64,000 nt of DNA from an uncultured Candidatus Saccharibacteria bacterium (GCA_964362175.1 CAYIDD010000001.1:64569-128568), one strand, 5' to 3'; positions 18,910-31,872 are shown, counted from the stretch's first letter. Notes: generated from the sequence alone by a model not told the origin. Program-made: numbers and translations.

Positions 18910-19647
18910 TCAACCCGCTTTCGAGACGTTTGCGACAAGCGCGCAGTGATCTGAAACGCCACAGATCATCTCCGCATCAGAAACGCTGTATGAGGGGGTG
19001 CTGAAAACGCCGTCGACCATAAGTTGCAAATTATCGACGCGATGGCGCTCAGGGTCGAGGCTCGATATGTAGTGGGTCGGTACGTTGTCTTTGTATTTCT
19101 CCGCAAGCATGCCGAATATCTCCCTGCCGCGCGGGGCGTTGAAATCACCGGTAAGCACGCACTCCCCCACGCCCTCCATTGCGTGAAGGAGCTCTTTCAG
19201 GTCGCGCCGCTGACCGTCATCAGCCTGCCCGTCGGGAGTCCATCTGAAATGCGTGGTCGCTATCCGAAAGATCGTCCCGTCTTTTTCAATGTCGCACCAC
19301 AGGAGCGGAAAGTTTTTGTTGTTCCATGTTCTCCGATCATCTTGGTCCAGTACGGGAAGCTCGGCAGGGTCGCCGTGGTACCAACTGATGCCATTGTCTC
19401 GAGCCGAATGTCCCAAAAATATCCCGACTCCCATGATCTGGGGCGCGGTATCGCGGATGAATTTCGACATCGGGGCGAAAACGCAGCGGGCGCCGCCGAG
19501 CGCGTTCGAGAGTTCGGGAATATCAGACTCAAACAATTCCTGAACGCACGCGACTTCGGGCATCTGTGTCTCAAGGAACGGCAGGACGAGATCGAGGTGC
19601 TTCGAACGCTGGATATTGAGGGAGATGAGTTTAAGCGAAGCGCTCAT
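18910..19647 (-). CDS. endonuclease/exonuclease/phosphatase (EEP) family protein
   Basis: 245 aa; EEP motifs (LNIQRS.., GDFNAP, SDHCAL); start overlaps pyrG stop (ATGA). Confidence 0.75.
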   Translation of the reverse strand: MSASLKLISLNIQRSKHLDLVLPFLETQMPEVACVQELFESDIPELSNALGGARCVFAPMSKFIRDTAPQIMGVGIFLGHSARDNGISWYHGDPAELPVLDQDDRRTWNNKNFPLLWCDIEKDGTIFRIATTHFRWTPDGQADDGQRRDLKELLHAMEGVGECVLTGDFNAPRGREIFGMLAEKYKDNVPTHYISSLDPERHRVDNLQLMVDGVFSTPSYSVSDAEMICGVSDHCALVANVSKAG

Positions 19648-21299
19648 GTACCCTTCTGCCCGATCGCCGCTTTGATGAATGCATTAAAAAGCGGGTGGGG
19701 CGTGAGGGGGCGGGCTTTGAGTTCGGGGTGGAATTGGGTGCCGAGCATGAAGGGGTGCGCACTTTTCGGAAGTTCTGCGATCTCCATCAAGCGGCCATCG
19801 GGTGATTTGCCGGAAAATATGAGTCCCGCTTTTTCCAACTGCTCGATGTATTTGGGATTCACTTCGAACCGGTGGCGGTGGCGTTCGGAGATGGAGGCCC
19901 CGCCATAACTTTCGGCGGCGATCGTTCCCTTCGTCAATTCGCATGGGTACGCACCGAGGCGCATGGTGCCGCCATAATTTTTCTTTGCGAGCTTTTCCAC
20001 CTGCGCCGGCAGAATGGCGATAACGGGGTGTGGTGTGTCGGGATCGATCTCCGTCGTATGCGCTTTCGCGAGACCTGCGACGTTGCGTGCGTATTCTATT
20101 GTCATGAGCTGCATGCCATAGCACAGACCGAAATACGGTATTTTGTTTTCGCGGGCAAACCGGATGGCGTTGATCTTCCCCTCTATGCCGGTTTCGCCGA
20201 ACCCTCCGGGCACGATGATCCCATCGTACTCTTTCAGCTCGGAAACCTGATCCGGACCCTTCTCATAATCCTTCGCGTTCAGCCACGCGATCTCCGGCTT
20301 AACGCCGTGCGCGTACGCAGAGAATTTTATCGCTTCGATCACCGAAAGATACGCGTCGGAGAGAACGAAATTGCCGGTATCGAAATATTTGCCGACAATA
20401 CCGATCTTTACTACTCCGTTGCCATTGTGCGCGTGCTCCGCGAATGCTTTCCACTCCGAGAAATCGGGTGTTTTTTTCGGCTCTTTTTCAAGGAGTTCCA
20501 TCAGCGTGTCCGAAAGTTTGTCGCGTTCAAAATTCAACGGCACATCGTAGATCGAGCCTACGTCCGGCGCCGAGATGATGTGTTCGGGAAGTACGTTGCA
20601 GGAGATAGATAACTTTTCCTTGCGCTTTTGATCGAGCGTGTGCGTGGAGCGCGCGATAATGATGTCCGGTTGCACGCCATAGGAGTTGAGCTCCCGCACG
20701 GCGTTCTGGGTCGGCTTTGTTTTCATCTCGCCTATCGTTCCGGGTACCGGAAGATAGGAAACCATCACAAAGAGCACATCGCCCGGATTAAAAAGATGCA
20801 TCACGCGCGCGGCATCGATGAAGAGCGCGTTCTGGAAATCACCGATCGTTCCGCCGATCTCGACGACCGACACATCGGAACCGGAGACTTCCGCCGCGCG
20901 CTTCAGGCGGTCGACGATCTCGTCGCGCACATGCGGTATCGCCTCGACACACTTGCCTCCGTAGCCCAGATTGCGCTCGCGCGCGATGACCGACTGGTAG
21001 ACCATGCCGCTCGTCATGTAATCATCGGGGCCCAGATCACGACCTAAGAAGCGTTCGTAATTCCCCATATCCTGATCGGTCTCAAGGCCCGAATCGAGCA
21101 CGAACACCTCGCCGTGCTCGATAGGATTCATCGTCCCCGCATCAACATTCAAGTAGGGGTCGATCTTTACAAGATTTACCGAGAGTCCGCGCGCCGTTAA
21201 GAGTTTGCCGATCGATGCAGTGGCGATCCCCTTCCCGACGGCCGACATGACACCGCCGATAACGAAAATGTATTTATGTCCCGCACGCACGCGTTTCAT
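19644..21299 (-). CDS. pyrG: CTP synthase
   Basis: 551 aa; N-terminal synthetase domain GGVMSAVGKG, C-terminal GATase with catalytic Cys (GLCYGMQ) and His. Confidence 0.95.
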   Translation of the reverse strand: MKRVRAGHKYIFVIGGVMSAVGKGIATASIGKLLTARGLSVNLVKIDPYLNVDAGTMNPIEHGEVFVLDSGLETDQDMGNYERFLGRDLGPDDYMTSGMVYQSVIARERNLGYGGKCVEAIPHVRDEIVDRLKRAAEVSGSDVSVVEIGGTIGDFQNALFIDAARVMHLFNPGDVLFVMVSYLPVPGTIGEMKTKPTQNAVRELNSYGVQPDIIIARSTHTLDQKRKEKLSISCNVLPEHIISAPDVGSIYDVPLNFERDKLSDTLMELLEKEPKKTPDFSEWKAFAEHAHNGNGVVKIGIVGKYFDTGNFVLSDAYLSVIEAIKFSAYAHGVKPEIAWLNAKDYEKGPDQVSELKEYDGIIVPGGFGETGIEGKINAIRFARENKIPYFGLCYGMQLMTIEYARNVAGLAKAHTTEIDPDTPHPVIAILPAQVEKLAKKNYGGTMRLGAYPCELTKGTIAAESYGGASISERHRHRFEVNPKYIEQLEKAGLIFSGKSPDGRLMEIAELPKSAHPFMLGTQFHPELKARPLTPHPLFNAFIKAAIGQKGT

Positions 21300-21373
21300 A
21301 CCCCTACTCTATCATGACGCCCGCAATCGAACCCAGCTCAGGACGTGGGGAAAGGATGCGTATCGGAAGGTTC

Positions 21374-22312
21374 TTACGTGCGAAGGTATCGCCGAACGGC
21401 CAAGTAGCTCGATAGAGCTCCCAAAGCGACGCCGGAGCCCATTACAGCCGCAAAAAGGGGCAGGAATGAGTCGATGTAGTATGAAAACGCGTTGAAAGAA
21501 CCCAAGAAACGCTCGCTCCCGGGCCCGAGCCAAAGGGTGAGTGGGTACAGAAGGAGAAGCACGATGACCCCGGAGATTACCCCATACAAAATTCCGGCGA
21601 TGACAAAGGGCCCGCGCACGAACCAGCGCGAAGCACCCACGAGATTCATGACGCCGATCTCATCGCGGGAAGTGTAGATCGCGAGCCGGATGGTATTGAA
21701 TGCGATGAGCACGGAAGCAAACCCGAGAATGAGCGAGATCGCAATGCCAAGCTGTTTTGAAGTCTGGATGATGTTCGTAAGCCGATCGATCGCGGTTTTG
21801 TTCTGATAGAAATTCACCTTTTCGATCTTCGCCCCCGCTTCGGTGCGCGACGCCTGCTGTGCCTCGAGATACTTCGCGATCGCCTCATATTGCGAGGTCT
21901 CTTTCGCACGGACTTCGAGCGACGCGCCGAGCGGATTCCCTCCGAGTTCTTCGAGCGCCTGCATCGTCAGCTGATCGTTCTTGTGGCGGGCTCGAAATTG
22001 CGCAAGCGCTTCTTCCCGCGTTACATACGTGATCGTCGCGACCTGGGGCAGGGCCTCAATGGTCTTTTTCATATCCATGATCTGCGCTTCGGTCGCATCG
22101 GTCACAAAATAGATCGTGACGTCCACCTTGTCGGTCAGCTGCTTCAAGACCGAGCTCAGCGCCGCGCTCGAGATCATAAGTCCCGCGACCACGAACAAGG
22201 TGATCGTCATGATGAGAATGCCCGCGAGCGAGACGAATCCATTGCGGATAAAGCCCACAAATCCATATCGTGCTACGCGCTTTATCGTCGTCCAGTGAGA
22301 CATAGTATGCAT
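21374..22312 (-). CDS. ftsX: cell division permease-like protein FtsX
   Basis: ORF track 21374..22396; start set to ATG one nt after ftsE stop; 4 TM with large periplasmic loop. Confidence 0.85.
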   Translation of the reverse strand: MHTMSHWTTIKRVARYGFVGFIRNGFVSLAGILIMTITLFVVAGLMISSAALSSVLKQLTDKVDVTIYFVTDATEAQIMDMKKTIEALPQVATITYVTREEALAQFRARHKNDQLTMQALEELGGNPLGASLEVRAKETSQYEAIAKYLEAQQASRTEAGAKIEKVNFYQNKTAIDRLTNIIQTSKQLGIAISLILGFASVLIAFNTIRLAIYTSRDEIGVMNLVGASRWFVRGPFVIAGILYGVISGVIVLLLLYPLTLWLGPGSERFLGSFNAFSYYIDSFLPLFAAVMGSGVALGALSSYLAVRRYLRT

Positions 22313-22313
22313 T

Positions 22314-22997
22314 CTACAACGAATATTTCCCGTGCTTGTCGTCGCGCACGAGTCGGCCGCGATCCATCGTGATGACGCGACGACCGACAGAATCAACGAC
22401 CGATTTATTATGCGTCGTGAGAAGAACCGTCGTCCCCAGATCGTTGATCTTCTTCAGGATCTCCACGACATCGTGCGCATTGATGGGATCGAGGTTGCCG
22501 GTCGGCTCGTCGGCGATGAGCACATCTGGCTGATTCACGATGGCGCGCGCGATCGCGACCCGTTGTTGCTCTCCGCCGGAGAGTTCGTGCGGAAAGTTCC
22601 ATATTTTATCGGTAAGTCCCACCAGATCCAGCACGTGAGGCACATCACCCGCGATGTCTTCGTCGGAGCGCCCCGCGACCTCAAGGGCAAATGCGATATT
22701 CTCGTAGACATTTTTTGTCGAGAGTAGTCGAAAATCCTGAAAGATCGTGCCGATCTTTCGTCGCAATTTCAAGAGGTCATTGTCTGAGAGCTTTCCGATC
22801 TCGTGTGACCCGAAGTAGACCGCGCCGATGGTCGGCTCCACTTCGGCAAATAGCATTTTGAGCAACGTGGTCTTTCCCGCGCCCGAATGCCCCACAATGG
22901 AGACAAATTCACCGGGGTCAACGCTCAGGGTAATATCCTCGACGGCTGGCGGAGTACCCGTGAAGTAGATTTTTGTAACTTTGTCGAAATAGATCAT
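22314..22997 (-). CDS. ftsE: cell division ATP-binding protein FtsE
   Basis: 227 aa; Walker A GHSGAGKTT, LSGGEQQRVAIARA, Walker B. Confidence 0.9.
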   Translation of the reverse strand: MIYFDKVTKIYFTGTPPAVEDITLSVDPGEFVSIVGHSGAGKTTLLKMLFAEVEPTIGAVYFGSHEIGKLSDNDLLKLRRKIGTIFQDFRLLSTKNVYENIAFALEVAGRSDEDIAGDVPHVLDLVGLTDKIWNFPHELSGGEQQRVAIARAIVNQPDVLIADEPTGNLDPINAHDVVEILKKINDLGTTVLLTTHNKSVVDSVGRRVITMDRGRLVRDDKHGKYSL

Positions 22998-23026
22998 GGC
23001 TGCAATGGGTCCTATTATACCTTCTC

Positions 23027-23914
23027 TTATGCGCTCCCCAAATCTTTCTCCGCGTCGATAAATGATTGGATGTCGCCTTCCAGCACGTTCTCAACATCAC
23101 GGCGCTCGTGGTCGGTGCGATGATCCTTCACGAGCTGATAAGGGTGCAATACGTATGAACGTATCTGGCTCCCCCACTCTATTTTCGTGGAGGCGCCCGC
23201 GGAAAGTCCCCGTGACTCCGCATTTTGCTGCGCTTCACGCAATTGATAGAGTTTGCCGCGCAACAATTCGAGTGCTTTTTCACGATTTTGGGCTTGGCTG
23301 CGCTCGGATGTCACGTGGACACTAAAACCAGACGGTTTGTGCGTCATGCGCACGGCTGTGTCGCGCTTGTTCACATTTTGCCCGCCGGGGCCTCCCGAGC
23401 GCGCCACCGATATTTCAAGGTCCGTTTCCGGAATATGGAGATCGCCCTGATCCGGCAACTTCGGCAACACCTCCACGAGCGAAAAAGAAGTCTGCCGCTT
23501 GCCCGCGGAATTGAAGGGCGACATGCGCACGAGGCGATGCACGCCGGCCTCGCGCTTGAGAGCGCCATATGCGCCGCTTCCATCCACCTCGAACGAAATG
23601 CTGCGATACCCGCCCATCGAATTTTCGTTCGCGGAGAGTAGACCTGTGTTCCATCCTTTCCCGGCGGCGAATTTCTTGTACATTTCAAAAAGCATTCGTG
23701 AAAAATCCTCCGCATCGTCCCCTCCTGCCCCGGAAACGATCGTGATCAGCGCGTCGCTCTTGTCGTACCCGCCACCGCCCGCGAGCTTCGCCTTCAGGTC
23801 CTGATATTCCTTCAGTATCGCCTGCGCCTTATCTTTGTTCGCCCAGAAATCGACCGCCCCCATTGCGGTTTCGATCTCCCCTATACGTGCCTCGATTGCC
23901 TCACGTGAACTCAT
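23027..23914 (-). CDS. prfB: peptide chain release factor 2
   Basis: 295 aa; SPF motif (LVRMSPFNS), GGQ motif (GPGGQNVN); short domain 1 and no programmed +1 frameshift site. Confidence 0.9.
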   Translation of the reverse strand: MSSREAIEARIGEIETAMGAVDFWANKDKAQAILKEYQDLKAKLAGGGGYDKSDALITIVSGAGGDDAEDFSRMLFEMYKKFAAGKGWNTGLLSANENSMGGYRSISFEVDGSGAYGALKREAGVHRLVRMSPFNSAGKRQTSFSLVEVLPKLPDQGDLHIPETDLEISVARSGGPGGQNVNKRDTAVRMTHKPSGFSVHVTSERSQAQNREKALELLRGKLYQLREAQQNAESRGLSAGASTKIEWGSQIRSYVLHPYQLVKDHRTDHERRDVENVLEGDIQSFIDAEKDLGSA

Positions 23915-23971
23915 GAAGCGAGTATATCAAATGCAGAGGGGACACCGCAGTGTCCCCTCAACGATCAACCC

Positions 23972-24268
23972 CTATTTGATCGCCACTTCAGTAGTCAGAG
24001 GCGTCATAAACGAATGACACTCCTCCCCACGTGTCCCCAGAAAGGTTCGAACGTCTGAGACACGGTAATTCGTGACCTCGCCTTCGGTCGAGGTCGCATC
24101 CCAGAGGTCCCCCGTTTCAACAGTGTAACGAGGGTCGTGGCAGCTGGGGTCAAAACCGAACCGCAGCACCTCACGTACCCTGAGGCCTCCAGCGTACCGT
24201 TCCGTTAGGTGAAAGACGAGCGCATCGGCCATGGTCTGTCCCCTATGTGCGAAACTGACAAGGTGCAC
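23972..24268 (-). CDS. hypothetical protein
   Basis: 98-aa ORF, no recognisable domain; followed by 9-bp perfect hairpin GAGGGGACA..TGTCCCCTC at 23934..23957. Confidence 0.3.
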   Translation of the reverse strand: MHLVSFAHRGQTMADALVFHLTERYAGGLRVREVLRFGFDPSCHDPRYTVETGDLWDATSTEGEVTNYRVSDVRTFLGTRGEECHSFMTPLTTEVAIK

Positions 24269-24403
24269 GAATGTGTCACCAACCCCATTGTGATAGCTGC
24301 CAAGATTTCGTCAATCGTCAATTCACAACTCGCTACCTCCGAGGTCTGAGCCTAAGATCGCGTCTTTGCGGGTGCATTCGTTCTGGTACTGAGTAGTTCT
24401 GGT

Positions 24404-24479
24404 TGGAGCCACCTCGCGGGATTGAACCGCGGACCCCGTCTTTACGAAAGACGTGCTCTACCAACTGAGCTAAGGTGGC
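24404..24479 (-). tRNA. tRNA-Thr (CGU), CCA encoded
   Basis: manual fold: GCCACCU acceptor, anticodon loop UUCGUAA, T-loop TTCAATC, ends UCCA. Confidence 0.8.
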
Positions 24480-24521
24480 TTCGCCGCTCATCCTACGGCA
24501 TTCACACGCTCTTTTCAATTG

Positions 24522-24594
24522 AGCCGATGTCCGGGATTGAACCGGAGACCTCGTCCTTACCAAGGACGTGCTCTACCAACTGAGCTACATCGGC
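24522..24594 (-). tRNA. tRNA-Thr (GGU)
   Basis: manual fold: GCCGAUG acceptor, anticodon loop UUGGUAA, T-loop TTCAATC. Confidence 0.8.
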
Positions 24595-24659
24595 ATTGTT
24601 GCAAACCGATACTATCATGCCCCCTCCCGTAACAAAAATCAGAATGATATACTGGAGCG

Positions 24660-24884
24660 GTGTCCGACGACCTTCAAAAACATCCCATCAAGTATTTGCG
24701 GGAGAACATGGCGGTTGCCCTCGGGCTCGTCCTTATCTGGCGGAGCATTTGGTATGCGCTGGATGCGCTGGACATATATTTCTTTGGCGGCGCGCACATG
24801 GTCTCGGTGGTTATAGGCCTCGCGGCCGGTCTTTTGGTGCTCTACTTACCGCATCGCAACTTAAAGGCACTCGAAAGGCTCTAG
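24660..24884 (+). CDS. small two-TM membrane protein (hypothetical)
   Basis: 74 aa with two hydrophobic helices; convergent with HD-domain gene. Confidence 0.35.
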   Translation: MSDDLQKHPIKYLRENMAVALGLVLIWRSIWYALDALDIYFFGGAHMVSVVIGLAAGLLVLYLPHRNLKALERL

Positions 24885-25516
24885 GTTGGGCTGTACTCGC
24901 GCAATTCTCCGATGAGCGGGGTAACACGCGCATCGTTGATATCCTCTGGCCGTATCGTCGTTCGAGAAAAAACCTGCTCTTCTAATTCCCTGCCTGTGTG
25001 CGCGGCACTTTCGTAGGCAGAATCATTCTTCGCGGAATATCGTTTCTCAAAGTCCCGCAGTCGCTCTTCCAGCGACACGATACCGTGCGGTCCGACGCGC
25101 AGATCGGCGTATTGACATATCTTCAACTCGATCGGTCCCCTCTCGATGATCGTGCCGATATGGGAAAAACCGCTCATATCCATCATTCCGACGATGTGTT
25201 CCGAAAGACCGATCTCGCGGGCAATTGCGGCATTCGCCGCGTGCTGTTCGTTCCCGTATTTTTTTACAAAATCCGCCTTCACTGATTCCCAATACGCCGA
25301 TCCCTCAGGCTGTACGAACTCCGGAAAATACGCGAGATCGAATTTGACGATGTTGCCGATGTCGTGAAAGAGACATTCAAGCAGCACGTCCTGCGTATTG
25401 ACCGGTGTTGTAGCGTGGTCGCAGATCAATTTTGCAACAGCCGCCACCCGCAGCTGATGCAGCTGCAAACTGGGCATTATCCTGTACTGCGCGTATATCT
25501 CGCGCGGTGTTCTCAT
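24881..25516 (-). CDS. HD-domain phosphohydrolase
   Basis: 211 aa; HD motif (LFHDIGN) and downstream His/Asp ligands. Confidence 0.75.
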   Translation of the reverse strand: MRTPREIYAQYRIMPSLQLHQLRVAAVAKLICDHATTPVNTQDVLLECLFHDIGNIVKFDLAYFPEFVQPEGSAYWESVKADFVKKYGNEQHAANAAIAREIGLSEHIVGMMDMSGFSHIGTIIERGPIELKICQYADLRVGPHGIVSLEERLRDFEKRYSAKNDSAYESAAHTGRELEEQVFSRTTIRPEDINDARVTPLIGELREYSPT

Positions 25517-25532
25517 GCGACGATTCTATCAC

Positions 25533-26120
25533 TCAATGACCCTTTTCGAGATTCTCCGATGATTGCCCTCTCTCATCTACCCCCTCATTCTCGTCAGCGG
25601 CTTCCGGTGAGTGCATTCTCAAAAAATACTGGAGTTCGGAACGTCTACTGGCGGCAGACAAGGCGTCACCCGTCGACACCACATCCAAATGGCGGAATTC
25701 CTTCCGCTCAAGACGAGCCTTGGCATCCATGAGCAACTTCGCGACGACGGTGCGATGCGACCGATCCTGGAATTTTGTCCACAGCTCTTTGAGTTCGGCC
25801 TTCTTTCCGGCATCTGTCATCTCGATCGCAAGGAATCCAACGATCTTTTTGCCCTCCATCGCCGCGAGCACAAGCTCGTGTTTTCCTGAGTGTAATTCGC
25901 TATGCCGTAGACCTGCTTCAAGATGTTTTACGGCCTCTTTTCGTTCATACGATTGACCGGTGGCATCGAAGGCGTCATCGATCGCGTCGTTTCGCATCAA
26001 ATCCCCTATCTCCACCCGATGCTTTTTGAGTTCCTCCCGACTTTCGAGAGGGATGACGTGCAGTCCCGGCATTTCGTCCTGACCATCTTTCATTTCCCCA
26101 CCACCTTTTGGCATGAACAT
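25533..26120 (-). CDS. hypothetical protein
   Basis: 195 aa, charged, no confident domain. Confidence 0.5.
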   Translation of the reverse strand: MFMPKGGGEMKDGQDEMPGLHVIPLESREELKKHRVEIGDLMRNDAIDDAFDATGQSYERKEAVKHLEAGLRHSELHSGKHELVLAAMEGKKIVGFLAIEMTDAGKKAELKELWTKFQDRSHRTVVAKLLMDAKARLERKEFRHLDVVSTGDALSAASRRSELQYFLRMHSPEAADENEGVDERGQSSENLEKGH

Positions 26121-26149
26121 ACCGCATTATCCTATCACATATCTCTTTG

Positions 26150-26223
26150 CGCGATCGACGGGACTCGAACCCGCAGCCTCGTCCGTGACAGGGACGCGCT
26201 CTAACCAATTGAGCTACGACCGC
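26150..26223 (-). tRNA. tRNA-Asp (GUC)
   Basis: manual fold: GCGGUCG acceptor (G4-U69 wobble), anticodon loop CUGUCAC, T-loop TTCGAGT. Confidence 0.8.
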
Positions 26224-26264
26224 AACAGGCACACAATACTTCAAAAACCGCGCAGTTTCAATCC

Positions 26265-26338
26265 GGTGTCGGGGGACGGGAACGATCCGTCGACCTAGCG
26301 CTTATGAAACGCTCGCTCTACCACTGAGCTACCCCGAC
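26265..26338 (-). tRNA. tRNA-Met (CAU), elongator-type, non-canonical T-loop ATCGTTC
   Basis: manual fold: GUCGGGG acceptor with G1-C72, D-loop AGUGGUA, anticodon loop UUCAUAA, T-arm GACGG-ATCGTTC-CCGTC (A54/U58 instead of U54/A58). Confidence 0.7.
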
Positions 26339-26381
26339 AATGTATCCCATAGTACGGATTTTTTGATACTCCACAATCGAA

Positions 26382-26585
26382 ATGTTCCGTGATACGCTCA
26401 GTGCTATGTGGAGCAATCTTTTAGTGCTGAACGCTATTCTTTGGGCGCTCTCGGGAATGTACCTTATCTATTCTATCGGCACAGCCATCCTGAAGGGGCA
26501 GGGGAAACAATTACTGCTCGCGCTTTTGTTATTCGTCTTTCTTTCCGTCGTCGAGATCGCACTGGGGGCGATCGCGGAGCCGTAA
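26382..26585 (+). CDS. small two-TM membrane protein (hypothetical)
   Basis: 67 aa hydrophobic ORF between tRNA genes. Confidence 0.3.
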   Translation: MFRDTLSAMWSNLLVLNAILWALSGMYLIYSIGTAILKGQGKQLLLALLLFVFLSVVEIALGAIAEP

Positions 26586-26702
26586 GCTCGCGCGACATGG
26601 CTCCGCCTTGCAAGTCCGCACGCGAAGTGCGCAGGCACTTCGCTCCCCGCACAATCCGAATACTGAAAAAGCCTCCGACGAGCGAAGACTTTTTCAGTGT
26701 TT

Positions 26703-26775
26703 GTTGCGGGGGCAGGACTTGCACCTGCGACCTCAAGGTTATGAGCCTTGCGAGCTACTACTGCTCCACCCCGCT
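26703..26775 (-). tRNA. initiator-like tRNA-Met (CAU) with atypical D- and T-loops
   Basis: rc reads AGCGGGGTGGAGCAG...GGCTCATAACC...CCCCCGCAACA, matching bacterial tRNA-fMet over acceptor/D-stem/anticodon arm; 1:72 is an A-A mismatch; D-loop AGUAGUA lacks G18G19; T-loop TGCAAGT has G at position 55. Confidence 0.55.
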
Positions 26776-26829
26776 TTCTCAAATCTACTACAGATGGGTG
26801 AGGGGTGCAATGAATTTTCGAAAATCCGT

Positions 26830-27540
26830 TTATTGAATGAAATGAAACTCCTTAAAAACGCGTTCATACAACGCGACAACGCGCCTCGCTTCGCGCGCAC
26901 TTATGGAATGAATGGCGCCCTGGTGCGCGATCTTGTTACGGATCTTGTGTGCTTCCCACGCGAGATCGATCGTGTTGAAATTGATCCGATCAACGCCACG
27001 CATTTTATCCGCCATCGTTTCGCCCTTATACCCCAATACGTCAAGGAGCTCGTTGAGCATGATGTCCGCTTCGAGGATCGCGAGGCGATGGCTTTGTTCT
27101 GAATCCGAACCCGCCTGCTCCCGTACTCTGTTCCAGCGAAGTTGGGATTTCGGCAGATCTCTGGCGGCAACTGTTTGCTGTGCCGACTCAAATCTGCGCC
27201 GCTCGATCTGACGCATTTGGAATACCCTGATCGAACAGTAGATGGCGAGCGCGGAAAGGCAGAGGGAAAAAAGAAGTGAGAATGCCACGAAGGTACTCCA
27301 CGTCTGGAAAAGGCTCGCGTACGCCTCAGGAGCAGACGCCATCTGAAGGTATTGGACAACGTCAGGCGCGGTAACGGGACTGGTGATGATCGCGGTTAGC
27401 GGGGTCGGCGCGTCCGGTGGAGGTGCGGCACCAGTGCCCGCGATGGTCACCACGGTACCCGGCACCAACTTGAACGCAACCTCGCCCAAAAACCACAGTG
27501 CCCACGCAAAGGAACCCCCTATCGTCGGCTGTACGTCCAT
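26830..27540 (-). CDS. hypothetical membrane protein
   Basis: 236 aa; N-terminal hydrophobic region, Pro/Ala-rich linker, second TM; no recognised domain. Confidence 0.55.
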   Translation of the reverse strand: MDVQPTIGGSFAWALWFLGEVAFKLVPGTVVTIAGTGAAPPPDAPTPLTAIITSPVTAPDVVQYLQMASAPEAYASLFQTWSTFVAFSLLFSLCLSALAIYCSIRVFQMRQIERRRFESAQQTVAARDLPKSQLRWNRVREQAGSDSEQSHRLAILEADIMLNELLDVLGYKGETMADKMRGVDRINFNTIDLAWEAHKIRNKIAHQGAIHSISAREARRVVALYERVFKEFHFIQ

Positions 27541-27552
27541 GAGAAAAGTATA

Positions 27553-28967
27553 CTACGCCTTTTCCACGTCCTCTCCGATCACGAACAAAGCCTCCTCCCC
27601 TCCCCAATTTCCGATGATCTGAAATCCGACCGGAAGCGCGACGCCATCGCGCTCCACCGTGCCCGATGGCACCGAGATCGCGGGAACTCCCGCAAGATTG
27701 ACAGAGACCCCGAAAATGTCTTCCGCATACATTGCGAGCGGATCACTTGTTTTTGTACCGAGCACAAATGCCGGAGATGGTGTTGTGGGCAGGACGATCG
27801 CGTCCACGTTCTCAAAAGCGGTACGGAATTCTTTCTTGAGCACCGAGCGAACGGCCCGCGCCTTGCGATAGTAGGCATCCGCGTACCCGGACGAGAGAAC
27901 GAACGTTCCGACAAGAATACGTCGGCGTGTCTCCCGCCCGAATCCAGCCGCTCGTGTTTTCTCATACACTTCCCCTATGGTGTCAGCAGGTATGGAGAGC
28001 CCGTATCGAATTCCGTCGAGGCGCGCGAGGTTGGTTGAGACCTCTGCCGGCATGATGATGTAATAGACGGCAAGACCGTATGGAAGCGTTGGCATCTCGA
28101 TGTCGCGTATCTCGTATCCGGCCTTTTCGAGACGCCTCAGAGTCTTCTCAAAAACATCAAGTAGATCCGCGTCTACGCCCTTTTGCAGAAATGCGCGCGG
28201 CACACCAAGCACTTTCGGCTGTTCTTTCGCTGCCGGACCCGACCGATCCGGGAGTGACGTGCTGTCTTTTTCGTCATACCCCTTAATCGCGTCGAATATG
28301 ATGCGCGCGTCAGCGTTTGTCTTTGTCAAAGGCCCGATCTGATCAAGCGAAGAACCCATCGCGATCAATCCCGACCTCGATACCGCTCCGTACGTCGGTT
28401 TAAGGCCGACGAGACCTGTGTGTGCCGCAGGCTGACGGACGGAACCACCTGTGTCGGACCCGAGAGCGGCGAGCGCGAGGTTTCCGGCGACCGCAGCCGC
28501 AGATCCACCGGACGATCCACCCGGCACACGACGCGGATCCACCGGATTTTTCGTAGGTCCATAGGCGGAATTCTCCGTCGAACTACCCATGGCAAATTCA
28601 TCCATGTTGGTCCGCCCCAAAAAGACCACTCCTTGAGCTTTGAGTTTCGTTATGACCGTCGAATCATACGACGCGAGGTATTTTTCAAGGATTTTTGATG
28701 CGGCGGAGGCAATGCGACCCTCGATCAGAATATTATCTTTGACTGCAAGGGGAATTCCGGTCAGCGGCTTCGATTCGCCCCGCGCAATAATCGTATCGGC
28801 AGCCTTTGCCTCGGCCCGCGCCGAATCCGCCCACACTTCAAGGTACGCGTGGATCTCTCCGTCTTTCTTCGCTATTCTCTCAAGATATGCGTTCGTGAGT
28901 TCGAGCGCGGAATATTCTTTGGCATCTAATGCGCGCCGTGCCTCAACGATCGTAAGAGTATCAAGGT

Positions 28968-28971
<4 letters not shown>
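27553..28971 (-). CDS. gatA: Asp-tRNA(Asn)/Glu-tRNA(Gln) amidotransferase subunit A
   Basis: 472 aa; amidase signature GGSSGGSAAAVA, Ser-cisSer-Lys triad context. Confidence 0.9.

Positions 28972-31872
<2,901 letters not shown>

Noticed and set aside
23934-23957. 9-bp perfect hairpin GAGGGGACA-ccgcag-TGTCCCCTC upstream of prfB as possible regulatory attenuator
   Set aside because: Kept only as a note. It is not followed by a clear U-tract, and there is no evidence of an associated leader. It is most simply a weak terminator for the upstream hypothetical gene.
24333-24563. 76-aa ORF on minus strand
   Set aside because: It is entirely composed of the two tRNA-Thr genes and their spacer. Its translation is Arg-rich nonsense.
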